A stretch of DNA of 32,608 nucleotides from Callorhinchus milii (taxonomy: Eukaryota). Below are positions 1 to 13,000 of this stretch, piece after piece. The notes under the pieces are model-generated. The model was not told the DNA's origin. It made no database searches and saw only the letters and a list, made by a program, of their open reading frames with translations. A program made the translations under genes and the position numbers. Within the stretch, counting starts at the first letter, position 1; each line of letters begins with the position of its first letter. The DNA lies in NCBI RefSeq assembly GCF_018977255.1, contig NW_024705595.1:1-32608 (forward strand), in the 5' to 3' direction.

Positions 1-14
1 GTCCCCGTGGATCT

Positions 15-300
15 CAATTGAAAACAAATCAACAACTTGAGACTTCTTCATCAATACGCTGCGTTTGCGGCCTGCTACAATGGACTTCAGAACAACGAGT
101 AGATGAGTCTGACTCTCGTTCACAACAAAATCAAGCACTTGGCATTAGAAAATAAGCAGAGTGCTCGAAATTGCTGTAAACGTGAACAGAAAAGATTTAT
201 CGACTTGGTGGCACAACATTTCCATTGAGTGAGTGAGCACGAACCACCGATGTTTGCGTTGCAGGCTCGAACGGAGCTTTCCGAAGGTCCCCGTGGATCT
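15..300. repeat. Module A, 286 bp repeat monomer (representative copy; about 64 copies in the window including truncated ones)
   Basis: Runs from CAATTGAAAACAAATCAACAAC to GAAGGTCCCCGTGGATCT. It occurs head-to-tail with a 286 bp period (e.g. ORF ends 15419, 15705, 15991, 16277). Confidence 0.97.
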
Positions 301-609
301 CACACTCGACCTCCTTGAGCCAACACCATTCACTGAGATGTGCCTCTTCTAGCAGGACAGGAACGAGGTATGCGAATGTCCGTCCTATGCTGCTCCACTC
401 GTCTGCATCGCCTTAAGAATGCGCAGTCTCCTCCCACCAACTCCACGACATAATGGGCCGGATTAACGTCGCTCAGGGTACCTTGGAAATCATGCACGAA
501 TTCATGATCATTATTTAATATAAATGCACGCATCGCTTTACACTTTTCAAAGTGCAACGAATCATTCGGGTGCTAATGCTTCTGCTGCTTTGGCAGCGGT
601 GCACAAGCA
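301..609. repeat. Module B, ~310 bp optional repeat module (representative copy; 32 copies, never B-B adjacent)
   Basis: Runs from CACACTCGACCTCCTTGAG to GCGGTGCACAAGCA and always sits between two A modules. Length varies by a few bases, mainly in an internal AT-rich tract (ATCATTATTTAATAATAAATG). Confidence 0.97.
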
Positions 610-2519
610 CAATTGAAAACAAATCAACAACTTGAGGCTTCTTCATCAATACGCTGCGTTTGCGGCCTGCTACAATGGACTTCAGAACAACGAGTAGATG
701 AGTCTGACTCTCGTTCACAACAAAATCAAGCACTTGGCATTAGAAAATAAGCAGAGTGCTCGAAATTGCTGTAAACGTGAACAGAAAAGATTTATCGACT
801 TGGTGGCACAACATTTCCATTGAGTGTGTGAGCACGAACCACCGATGTTTGCGTTGCAGGCTCGAACGGAGCTTTCCGAAGGTCCCCGTGGATCTCAATT
901 GAAAACAAATCAACAACTTGAGACTTCTTCATCAATACGCTGCGTTTGCGGCCTGCTACAATGGACTTCAGAACAACGAGTAGATGAGTCTGACTCTCGT
1001 TCACAACAAAATCAAGCACTTGGCATTAGAAAATAAGCAGAGTGCTCGAAATTGCTGTAAACGTGAACAGAAAAGATTTATCGACTTGGTGGCACAACAT
1101 TTCCATTGAGTGTGTGAGCACGAACCACCGATGTTTGCGTTGCAGGCTCGAACGGAGCTTTCCGAAGGTCCCCGTGGATCTCAATTGAAAACAAATCAAC
1201 AACTTGAGACTTCTTCATCAATACGCTGCGTTTGCGGCCTGCTACAATGGACTTCAGAACAACGAGTAGATGAGTCTGACTCTCGTTCACAACAAAATCA
1301 AGCACTTGGCATTAGAAAATAAGCAGAGTGCTCGAAATTGCTGTAAACGTGAACAGAAAAGATTTATCGACTTGGTGGCACAACATTTCCATTGAGTGAG
1401 TGAGCACGAACCACCGATGTTTGCGTTGCAGGCTCGAACGGAGCTTTCCGAAGGTCCCCGTGGATCTCACACTCGACCTCCTTGAGCCAACACCATTCAC
1501 TGAGATGTGCCTCTTCTAGCAGGACAGGAACGAGGTATGCGAATGTCCGTCCTATGCTGCTCCACTCGTCTGCATCGCCTTAAGAATGCGCAGTCTCCTC
1601 CCACCAACTCCACGACATAATGGGCCGGATTAACGTCGCTCAGGGTACCTTGGAAATCATGCACGAATTCATGATCATTATTTAATAATAAATGCACGCA
1701 TCGCTTTACACTTTTCAAAGTGCAACGAATCATTCGGGTGCTAATGCTTCTGCTGCTTTGGCAGCGGTGCACAAGCACAATTGAAAACAAATCAACAACT
1801 TGAGGCTTCTTCATCAATACGCTGCGTTTGCGGCCTGCTACAATGGACTTCAGAACAACGAGTAGATGAGTCTGACTCTCGTTCACAACAAAATCAAGCA
1901 CTTGGCATTAGAAAATAAGCAGAGTGCTCGAAATTGCTGTAAACGTGAACAGAAAAGATTTATCGACTTGGTGGCACAACATTTCCATTGAGTGTGTGAG
2001 CACGAACCACCGATGTTTGCGTTGCAGGCTCGAACGGAGCTTTCCGAAGGTCCCCGTGGATCTCACACTCGACCTCCTTGAGCCAACACCATTCACTGAG
2101 ATGTGCCTCTTCTAGCAGGACAGGAACGAGGTATGCGAATGTCCGTCCTATGCTGCTCCACTCGTCTGCATCGCCTTAAGAATGCGCAGTCTCCTCCCAC
2201 CAACTCCACGACATAATGGGCCGGATTAACGTCGCTCAGGGTACCTTGGAAATCATGCACGAATTCATGATCATTAATTTAATAATAAATGCACGCATCG
2301 CTTTACACTTTTCAAAGTGCAACGAATCATTCGGGTGCTAATGCTTCTGCTGCTTTGGCAGCGGTGCACAAGCACAATTGAAAACAAATCAACAACTTGA
2401 GGCTTCTTCATCAATACGCTGCGTTTGCGGCCTGCTACAATGGACTTCAGAACAACGAGTAGATGAGTCTGACTCTCGTTCACAACAAAATCAAGCACTT
2501 GGCATTAGAAAATAAGCAG

Positions 2520-2549
2520 NNNNNNNNNNNNNNNNNNNNNNNNNNNNNN
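2520..2549. other. Assembly gap (30 N)
   Basis: Run of N from 2520 to 2549. Confidence 0.99.
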
Positions 2550-5500
2550 CGAGGATGGACTCACCCTATGATAATGAGCTCGAGAAGGGAGAGCGCAATA
2601 AGGTTGCGGACACGATGCTGATGGTATAGCCACATGGTCTGACATAAAGTAGTTACGCCTTCACGGATCCCGTTCCATCGTCTATAAGATTAAAGCTCGG
2701 TACGATGGGCTTAACAGTGCAAGACAACTGCAAGGTTCCTGGTAGAGCATTTAAAAGTCAAGCTTCCGAGTGTTGAATGCTGTGACGGATGCCCCGAAGA
2801 GGACTCAGCCGGCCTGCTTAGATATGCACTACTGCGCGGGTCCCAAGTAAATCATATGCGAATGTCTGTAACTGCGAAGTTAACACTACAAGCCACATTC
2901 TGCGCTTGATGCGAGTGCTTAGTGTTCTTATTATAATCTTTCAGGGCTGGGTCACATAGCTGTGTTTACGACGATCTCTATGTCCTGGTCAGTCTGCAAG
3001 ATCCAATTCGCTGGGGTTCCAACGTTGTTTGTTAGTGCTGACGCGAAACTTGGTTGCCAAAGCCTACTGACCCCCCCGTTCAACTCTTCGATAAGAACAG
3101 ATTAACGAAGACATTATTCGGGAAGCGTCACGAGCCCCTCGGAAGGGACTGTGACTATGGTTACCGCATTGAGGCGATGAGGGCGATGAGGCTCGAAGCA
3201 CGCACCGGGTTACAGAATTACCCCTTTGCGCTTGTAGCAACTACTCATACGTCTATGACCTCTTCACTAGAACCTCGTGCCGGCGGAAATTACTTTGCCA
3301 TTGGTACCAATAAATTTCTAGCTCGTAGCCGCGACTCCTTTGATACTTACTAGGTTCACCCCCGATCGGACTTGCCTCAACACTGTTTTAAGGGCGGATG
3401 AAAGCGGCAGAGCTCTGTGAAAACTTTTTGTAGTCTAGGAGGGCGTAAGCGGAGGCGGTTCGACTGTACTGCGGGTTCTAAACCATTAACTCCCCCGTAC
3501 CGACGAGATAACGGGTCCAAAAATGAACTCAGAACAATTAAATACTACGGATCCACTATCGCCTAGGTTTCCAGATGAATATCGAACGCCCAACGGACGC
3601 GCACCTCCCGAGTAACGCGCAGGGTATAGGGCCATTTAATGACTGCCCTACTCCACCGAGTATAAGGTCAGTAACGAACAATTGCCTACTACGACCCTAG
3701 CTAGAGGTCGGTGAACCCACATTGCCCTGCACGGACTTAATTGAGACTTTAATGCTTGCCCTAAATATGACTTGGGTACGTGGGCGTTGCCGACGGTTGC
3801 GGTATCATAGGATTAGTTCGCGGCAGCATCTTCGAATGATTGGGCGTTATATTTGGCTAGGCACAATCTCGGCTGTCGACCAATATCCCTCATATTTTTG
3901 GACGTACGGCAGTTTACACACCTCCCTTTATTTAAACCTCGAATCCGGGACCCTCCTTGGCCTTTTACTCCATTAGAGTAGGCCACAGGTGGTCTTGCGC
4001 AAAGTTTGCTCTCACGGAACTTCGACCCAAGGGACCCCGAACAGTCTGTAAGAGACGCGGCCCTACGTTTACAGCCTTCTACCCATTTAAAACTCAACAG
4101 AGACAGGTTCACTTCGGGGCCTGCCTCTGTGAGGCCCCCCAGTAGCAGGCTGGAAAGATTGCCGGTGATACCCTACCAGCGCTATAGCTAGGCCTTCTGC
4201 TGGCGTCTGCGATGACGGTCTTGATTATTAATTAAGCTCAACGCAAACCGTTAACATCTACCCTTATATTAGCAATTGCTGGAACCTACATCGCAAACAC
4301 GAGCAACATGCGCGACCAGCTAACTTCGAGTATACGGGTATCCCCACTATATCCAAGGCCTTATTGTTCCGTTAGGTGTTGATTAAATGGCTTTTGAAGG
4401 AATTTGCTGAGGGTTTAGAACCCATGGGCCCAGAGTAATGAGTCCGACTCTTATACCAATCATTCCTGTCCAGTTAAAACCTGCGCACTTTGCTGACATC
4501 AAAGTTGTCATGCTGCAAGCCAAGACCATAGGGCGTGCATCACGCCAGTCGGATCTAGATATGCTTTTCGAGGAAAGAAATGAGATATTCGATTCGGACT
4601 ACGTTTGCCACACTTAACCATTGTCTCATTGTCTTTGCCGATTCCGAATAATCGAAGCCGACCGCGATAGTGATTTATCGAGCATAACTACGGGGTTCGC
4701 AGCGTCGATAGAGAGTTTACATTCGTGTATCAGGGATGGAAATAGATTGATTTTGGAAATTCAACAGCTCGGGCCTCGATCCGAAACCTCTGCGGATCAT
4801 AGGGCAGGTGGCAGAAATGAGCATGTCGTGCTACATGAATAGTTCGGGAAGGGCATGCTATTTAATGCAGAGAGTTTATCCAGATTGGTGCCTGTTATTC
4901 ACGCGGGGGAACGACACCGTTTTAGGTTTGATGCGTCAGGGGACCCACTGGACGTTCCTAAAGAAAAGGGTAGTGACCTCGGGAGATAAGCTTTGTTAGG
5001 AGCAATCTCTGTCTGCAGTATAACTGTAGGACCGAATTAATACAACCTCACCAATGGCTAAGGTATTATGACCAGTGCTCACAGCGATATCTATCCGACC
5101 GAAACGTCCCAGCGACTGTGTGATCGTATCTAACGGATGTACGTAACAAGACCTGATTGCATTCAGGGCTGAAGCATCCGTACATATGGACTTGGAACTG
5201 AGGAAACTATGTCACTCCGTGAGCACCAGCATAGAGACTGTTACTTTGCCTTACTAGTGACGGTTCCAATACGAGTGTACATTGCTGCGAACCCTAGCCC
5301 TGGGTTGTCACAGTCTATATATTTGTGCGGGCTCCCCATTGGCAACTAGACTTTTCATGCTTCTATATTACGGGCTTCTATCCACAAGTGCACTTTTTAG
5401 ATATTTAATACGCAAAGGAAGGGGCTTCGGTTTAAATCTGTCTCAAAACAGTTACATTAGGTGATTAAACCAGTATAATGCTCCTGTTCTAGAGGGACCG

Positions 5501-7030
5501 CTTCATTACACAGCCGTCAAAGAAACCAGTTAGACCTTAAAGGGCCAATGAAAAGTGACCAGCGCTCGTAGTAATGTGGGAAATTACCGTAGATACCCAG
5601 GACGTGACTTGATGGGTTAAGGCGAGGTAGAGCGAGCCCAGATTACACTAACTCGGGCGAGATCTGCACATCTTCTGATTACCGAATACGATTAGGACAC
5701 AAGTGGCGCCCGAGGCGACTGTTGTCCATATGACCTATTGATTCGCGGAGAAGAGCAAACGACCCTTTTATGGTAGCGGAGTAAGCCATTTTGGCCTTCT
5801 TAAGGTGACGAACACGCGGATTCGGTGGTTCCAAAGGCGGTGGATCCCGGACGTGGGCCCCGTTTACGTGGCCGCTATAAACAGACAGCCATCTTTTTCC
5901 AGCGTAGGAGCTTAACAAACCACGCACCGGGGCCAATAACCAACGGAGGACGCTGACCCTCAGTAAAGTGTCGCAAAGGGTATACGGATTTGTCTACCTT
6001 CTTAATCACTCTATGGATTAAACAAGAGTCTCCTCACGTGGATCGCAAGTATGGGCCTCAATTGTAGCGATTGATATTATTGAGGGTTGTTAGAGTTCCC
6101 GTGGCAATCCTGCACAGCTTCCCGAGGTAGCGATCTCACACAGCGGGCCTCATGAGCCCAGATATATGTTGAACGATTCACTGGTCGTCGGTCACCAACC
6201 AGAACATGCTGCAAAACATGACACTAAATTCGGGGAATAGGTCCAAGGTAGCAAGCGTCGGTCTCCGGGATTCTGAATAGTAAATGAAAAGAAGTGGGCG
6301 AAGGAATACATCCTTCCCTATATCTACAGCGGAGCGGGGGAACTACCAGCAGTTCGAGAGAGTTGCATAGGAGTCAGGCGGAAGAGTTAAAGTTGGTGTC
6401 ACCAACCTAAGCAGTTATACCGGACGTATTCCCTGTGGAGGAACAGCTCCAGCCGACCCATAGGCGCCCGCGTGTGGTTTTATGAGAGTCGGGTGTCCGC
6501 ATCCTGTAACGACAACTAAGTAGAGTATGGACGGGGCCTCGGCGGACATTGTGACCCCTTTTAAGAAAACGTCGGTAAATGCGGGCCGGGCGGCTTCATA
6601 ATCCTTTAGTTTTGGTATGGAAAGGCAATAGAGTCGCCGGACCTTAGAGACTATGCTTGTTTACTTCATTCCTTCTACATGGGTGGCGGATACGGTCGGT
6701 TAGGTTTTGTTCACCCCAGGGACGAGACATGCACCTGCTCAAGCTCATAGGTGCTATGGCGCGTCACGATTATCGACTGATGTGCAGAAAGTCGCCGGGA
6801 GTTGAGACGGTTAACTAGGCTTCCAACTTGGCAAGCGGGGCCGACATGTTTGTGGCATCCCTGCGACTCCGGTGTTGTCACGATCTGTACAAGAGTAATG
6901 AATTGTATAGGCGAACAGCAGGACCAGTAACATCGGGCTAAGCAGTTTATGGCCGCAAAGTTGATATACCTATTGTAGCCCTTGGGGCGCCGCGCTATAG
7001 GCGATGGTGAGGCTTAGGGGGGGGAAGAAC
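2550..7030. other. Unique 4,481 bp non-repetitive block of unknown nature; appears non-coding and random-like
   Basis: No similarity to modules A or B beyond one 12-mer. The longest ORF is 99 aa and none resembles a protein family I recognise. Base usage looks even, and I see no terminal repeats. The array resumes at 7031 (CCGAAGGTCCCCGTGGATCT). Confidence 0.8.
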
Positions 7031-10000
7031 CCGAAGGTCCCCGTGGATCTCACACTCGACCTCCTTGAGCCAACACCATTCACTGAGATGTGCCTCTTCT
7101 AGCAGGACAGGAACGAGGTATGCGAATGTCCGTCCTATGCTGCTCCACTCGTCTGCATCGCCTTAAGAATGCGCAGTCTCCTCCCACCAACTCCACGACA
7201 TAATGGGCCGGATTAACGTCGCTCAGGGTACCTTGGAAATCATGCACGAATTCATGATCATTAATTTAATAATAAATGCACGCATCGCTTTACACTTTTC
7301 AAAGTGCAACGAATCATTCGGGTGCTAATGCTTCTGCTGCTTTGGCAGCGGTGCACAAGCACAATTGAAAACAAATCAACAACTTGAGGCTTCTTCATCA
7401 ATACGCTGCGTTTGCGGCCTGCTACAATGGACTTCAGAACAACGAGTAGATGAGTCTGACTCTCGTTCACAACAAAATCAAGCACTTGGCATTAGAAAAT
7501 AAGCAGAGTGCTCGAAATTGCTGTAAACGTGAACAGAAAAGATTTATCGACTTGGTGGCACAACATTTCCATTGAGTGTGTGAGCACGAACCACCGATGT
7601 TTGCGTTGCAGGCTCGAACGGAGCTTTCCGAAGGTCCCCGTGGATCTCAATTGAAAACAAATCAACAACTTGAGACTTCTTCATCAATACGCTGCGTTTG
7701 CGGCCTGCTACAATGGACTTCAGAACAACGAGTAGATGAGTCTGACTCTCGTTCACAACAAAATCAAGCACTTGGCATTAGAAAATAAGCAGAGTGCTCG
7801 AAATTGCTGTAAACGTGAACAGAAAAGATTTATCGACTTGGTGGCACAACATTTCCATTGAGTGAGTGAGCACGAACCACCGATGTTTGCGTTGCAGGCT
7901 CGAACGGAGCTTTCCGAAGGTCCCCGTGGATCTCACACTCGACCTCCTTGAGCCAACACCATTCACTGAGATGTGCCTCTTCTAGCAGGACAGGAACGAG
8001 GTATGCGAATGTCCGTCCTATGCTGCTCCACTCGTCTGCATCGCCTTAAGAATGCGCAGTCTCCTCCCACCAACTCCACGACATAATGGGCCGGATTAAC
8101 GTCGCTCAGGGTACCTTGGAAATCATGCACGAATTCATGATCATTAATTTAATAATAAATGCACGCATCGCTTTACACTTTTCAAAGTGCAACGAATCAT
8201 TCGGGTGCTAATGCTTCTGCTGCTTTGGCAGCGGTGCACAAGCACAATTGAAAACAAATCAACAACTTGAGGCTTCTTCATCAATACGCTGCGTTTGCGG
8301 CCTGCTACAATGGACTTCAGAACAACGAGTAGATGAGTCTGACTCTCGTTCACAACAAAATCAAGCACTTGGCATTAGAAAATAAGCAGAGTGCTCGAAA
8401 TTGCTGTAAACGTGAACAGAAAAGATTTATCGACTTGGTGGCACAACATTTCCATTGAGTGTGTGAGCACGAACCACCGATGTTTGCGTTGCAGGCTCGA
8501 ACGGAGCTTTCCGAAGGTCCCCGTGGATCTCAATTGAAAACAAATCAACAACTTGAGACTTCTTCATCAATACGTTGCGTTTGCGGCCTGCTACAATGGA
8601 CTTCAGAACAACGAGTAGATGAGTCTGACTCTCGTTCACAACAAAATCAAGCACTTGGCATTAGAAAATAAGCAGAGTGCTCGAAATTGCTGTAAACGTG
8701 AACAGAAAAGATTTATCGACTTGGTGGCACAACATTTCCATTGAGTGTGTGAGCACGAACCACCGATGTTTGCGTTGCAGGCTCGAACGGAGCTTTCCGA
8801 AGGTCCCCGTGGATCTCAATTGAAAACAAATCAACAACTTGAGACTTCTTCATCAATACGCTGCGTTTGCGGCCTGCTACAATGGACTTCAGAACAACGA
8901 GTAGATGAGTCTGACTCTCGTTCACAACAAAATCAAGCACTTGGCATTAGAAAATAAGCAGAGTGCTCGAAATTGCTGTAAACGTGAACAGAAAAGATTT
9001 ATCGACTTGGTGGCACAACATTTCCATTGAGTGAGTGAGCACGAACCACCGATGTTTGCGTTGCAGGCTCGAACGGAGCTTTCCGAAGGTCCCCGTGGAT
9101 CTCACACTCGACCTCCTTGAGCCAACACCATTCACTGAGATGTGCCTCTTCTAGCAGGACAGGAACGAGGTATGCGAATGTCCGTCCTATGCTGCTCCAC
9201 TCGTCTGCATCGCCTTAAGAATGCGCAGTCTCCTCCCACCAACTCCACGACATAATGGGCCGGATTAACGTCGCTCAGGGTACCTTGGAAATCATGCACG
9301 AATTCATGATCATTAATTTAATAATAAATGCACGCATCGCTTTACACTTTTCAAAGTGCAACGAATCATTCGGGTGCTAATGCTTCTGCTGCTTTGGCAG
9401 CGGTGCACAAGCACAATTGAAAACAAATCAACAACTTGAGGCTTCTTCATCAATACGCTGCGTTTGCGGCCTGCTACAATGGACTTCAGAACAACGAGTA
9501 GATGAGTCTGACTCTCGTTCACAACAAAATCAAGCACTTGGCATTAGAAAATAAGCAGAGTGCTCGAAATTGCTGTAAACGTGAACAGAAAAGATTTATC
9601 GACTTGGTGGCACAACATTTCCATTGAGTGTGTGAGCACGAACCACCGATGTTTGCGTTGCAGGCTCGAACGGAGCTTTCCGAAGGTCCCCGTGGATCTC
9701 AATTGAAAACAAATCAACAACTTGAGACTTCTTCATCAATACGTTGCGTTTGCGGCCTGCTACAATGGACTTCAGAACAACGAGTAGATGAGTCTGACTC
9801 TCGTTCACAACAAAATCAAGCACTTGGCATTAGAAAATAAGCAGAGTGCTCGAAATTGCTGTAAACGTGAACAGAAAAGATTTATCGACTTGGTGGCACA
9901 ACATTTCCATTGAGTGTGTGAGCACGAACCACCGATGTTTGCGTTGCAGGCTCGAACGGAGCTTTCCGAAGGTCCCCGTGGATCTCAATTGAAAACAAAT

Positions 10001-13000
10001 CAACAACTTGAGACTTCTTCATCAATACGCTGCGTTTGCGGCCTGCTACAATGGACTTCAGAACAACGAGTAGATGAGTCTGACTCTCGTTCACAACAAA
10101 ATCAAGCACTTGGCATTAGAAAATAAGCAGAGTGCTCGAAATTGCTGTAAACGTGAACAGAAAAGATTTATCGACTTGGTGGCACAACATTTCCATTGAG
10201 TGAGTGAGCACGAACCACCGATGTTTGCGTTGCAGGCTCGAACGGAGCTTTCCGAAGGTCCCCGTGGATCTCACACTCGACCTCCTTGAGCCAACACCAT
10301 TCACTGAGATGTGCCTCTTCTAGCAGGACAGGAACGAGGTATGCGAATGTCCGTCCTATGCTGCTCCACTCGTCTGCATCGCCTTAAGAATGCGCAGTCT
10401 CCTCCCACCAACTCCACGACATAATGGGCCGGATTAACGTCGCTCAGGGTACCTTGGAAATCATGCACGAATTCATGATCATTATTTAATAATAAATGCA
10501 CGCATCGCTTTACACTTTTCAAAGTGCAACGAATCATTCGGGTGCTAATGCTTCTGCTGCTTTGGCAGCGGTGCACAAGCACAATTGAAAACAAATCAAC
10601 AACTTGAGGCTTCTTCATCAATACGCTGTGTTTGCGGCCTGCTACAATGGACTTCAGAACAACGAGTAGATGAGTCTGACTCTCGTTCACAACAAAATCA
10701 AGCACTTGGCATTAGAAAATAAGCAGAGTGCTCGAAATTGCTGTAAACGTGAACAGAAAAGATTTATCGACTTGGTGGCACAACATTTCCATTGAGTGTG
10801 TGAGCACGAACCACCGATGTTTGCGTTGCAGGCTCGAACGGAGCTTTCCGAAGGTCCCCGTGGATCTCACACTCGACCTCCTTGAGCCAACACCATTCAC
10901 TGAGATGTGCCTCTTCTAGCAGGACAGGAACGAGGTATGCGAATGTCCGTCCTATGCTGCTCCACTCGTCTGCATCGCCTTAAGAATGCGCAGTCTCCTC
11001 CCACCAACTCCACGACATAATGGGCCGGATTAACGTCGCTCAGGGTACCTTGGAAATCATCACGAATTCATGATCATTATTTAATCATAAATGCACGCAT
11101 CGCTTTACACTTTTCAAAGTGCAACGAATCATTCGGGTGCTAATGCTTCTGCTGCTTTGGCAGCGGTGCACAAGCACAATTGAAAACAAATCAACAACTT
11201 GAGGCTTCTTCATCAATACGCTGTGTTTGCGGCCTGCTACAATGGACTTCAGAACAACGAGTAGATGAGTCTGACTCTCGTTCACAACAAAATCAAGCAC
11301 TTGGCATTAGAAAATAAGCAGAGTGCTCGAAATTGCTGTAAACGTGAACAGAAAAGATTTATCGACTTGGTGGCACAACATTTCCATTGAGTGTGTGAGC
11401 ACGAACCACCGATGTTTGCGTTGCAGGCTCGAACGGAGCTTTCCGAAGGTCCCCGTGGATCTCAATTGAAAACAAATCAACAACTTGAGCTTCTTCATCA
11501 ATACGCTGCGTTTGCGGCCTGCTACAATGGACTTCAGAACAACGAGTAGATGAGTCTGACTCTCGTTCACAACAAAATCAAGCACTTGGCATTAGAAAAT
11601 AAGCAGAGTGCTCGAAATTGCTGTAAACGTGAACAGAAAAGATTTATCGACTTGGTGGCACAACATTTCCATTGAGTGTGTGAGCACGAACCACCGATGT
11701 TTGCGTTGCAGGCTCGAACGGAGCTTTCCGAAGGTCCCCGTGGATCTCACACTCGACCTCCTTGAGCCAACACCATTCACTGAGATGTGCCTCTTCTAGC
11801 AGGACAGGAACGAGGTATGCGAATGTCCGTCCTATGCTGCTCCACTCGTCTGCATCGCCTTAAGAATGCGCAGTCTCCTCCCACCAACTCCACGACATAA
11901 TGGGCCGGATTAACGTCGCTCAGGGTACCTTGGAAATCATCACGAATTCATGATCATTATTTAATATAAATGCACGCATCGCTTTACACTTTTCAAAGTG
12001 CAACGAATCATTCGGGTGCTAATGCTTCTGCTGCTTTGGCAGCGGTGCACAAGCACAATTGAAAACAAATCAACAACTTGAGGCTTCTTCATCAATACGC
12101 TGCGTTTGCGGCCTGCTACAATGGACTTCAGAACAACGAGTAGATGAGTCTGACTCTCGTTCACAACAAAATCAAGCACTTGGCATTAGAAAATAAGCAG
12201 AGTGCTCGAAATTGCTGTAAACGTGAACAGAAAAGATTTATCGACTTGGTGGCACAACATTTCCATTGAGTGTGTGAGCACGAACCACCGATGTTTGCGT
12301 TGCAGGCTCGAACGGAGCTTTCCGAAGGTCCCCGTGGATCTCACACTCGACCTCCTTGAGCCAACACCATTCACTGAGATGTGCCTCTTCTAGCAGGACA
12401 GGAACGAGGTATGCGAATGTCCGTCCTATGCTGCTCCACTCGTCTGCATCGCCTTAAGAATGCGCAGTCTCCTCCCACCAACTCCACGACATAATGGGCC
12501 GGATTAACGTCGCTCAGGGTACCTTGGAAATCATGCACGAATTCATGATCATTATTTAATATAAATGCACGCATCGCTTTACACTTTTCAAAGTGCAACG
12601 AATCATTCGGGTGCTAATGCTTCTGCTGCTTTGGCAGCGGTGCACAAGCACAATTGAAAACAAATCAACAACTTGAGGCTTCTTCATCAATACGCTGCGT
12701 TTGCGGCCTGCTACAATGGACTTCAGAACAACGAGTAGATGAGTCTGACTCTCGTTCACAACAAAATCAAGCACTTGGCATTAGAAAATAAGCAGAGTGC
12801 TCGAAATTGCTGTAAACGTGAACAGAAAAGATTTATCGACTTGGTGGCACAACATTTCCATTGAGTGTGTGAGCACGAACCACCGATGTTTGCGTTGCAG
12901 GCTCGAACGGAGCTTTCCGAAGGTCCCCGTGGATCTCAATTGAAAACAAATCAACAACTTGAGACTTCTTCATCAATACGCTGCGTTTGCGGCCTGCTAC

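Larger units (their letters stand above)
1..2519. repeat. Tandem satellite-like array, left segment (unit order S L S S L L, last A truncated at the gap)
   Basis: Near-identical copies of module A start at 15, 610, 896, 1182, 1778 and 2375 (CAATTGAAAACAAATC...CCCCGTGGATCT). Module B copies lie at 301-609, 1468-1777 and 2064-2374. The identical ORF translations recur with 286 and ~596 bp spacing. Confidence 0.98.

Noticed and set aside
15..300. 286 bp period as a dinucleosome-phasing unit
   Set aside because: This is a numerical coincidence only. No clear 10-bp A/T periodicity or internal 143 bp duplication is visible.
94..554. Short inverted repeats in the unit (AACGAG...CTCGTT, GAGTC-T-GACTC, ATCATG...CATGAT, CACTTT-TC-AAAGTG)
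   Set aside because: Stems are only 5-6 bp, which is expected by chance in 600 bp, and there is no covariation among copies to support a structure.
15..609. Tandem RNA gene array (5S rRNA, tRNA, spliced-leader RNA, snRNA)
   Set aside because: The unit size is compatible, but I recognise no 5S, tRNA cloverleaf, known SL exon or Pol III box plus oligo-T terminator. An Rfam scan would be needed to exclude it fully.
2855..2866. 12-mer TATGCGAATGTC shared between the unique block and module B
   Set aside because: It does not extend on either side, and a single 12-bp match between 4.5 kb and a 0.6 kb unit is within chance expectation.
3054..5936. ORFs of 60-99 aa in the unique block
   Set aside because: Number and length are as expected for random sequence. 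Most start at TTG/GTG, and there is no recognisable motif or operon-like arrangement.
7016..7029. Polypurine tract AGGGGGGGGAAGAA at the right end of the unique block (LTR-retrotransposon PPT-like)
   Set aside because: It is not followed by a TG-starting LTR, and there are no gag/pol remnants or PBS upstream. A 14-nt purine run is plausible by chance.
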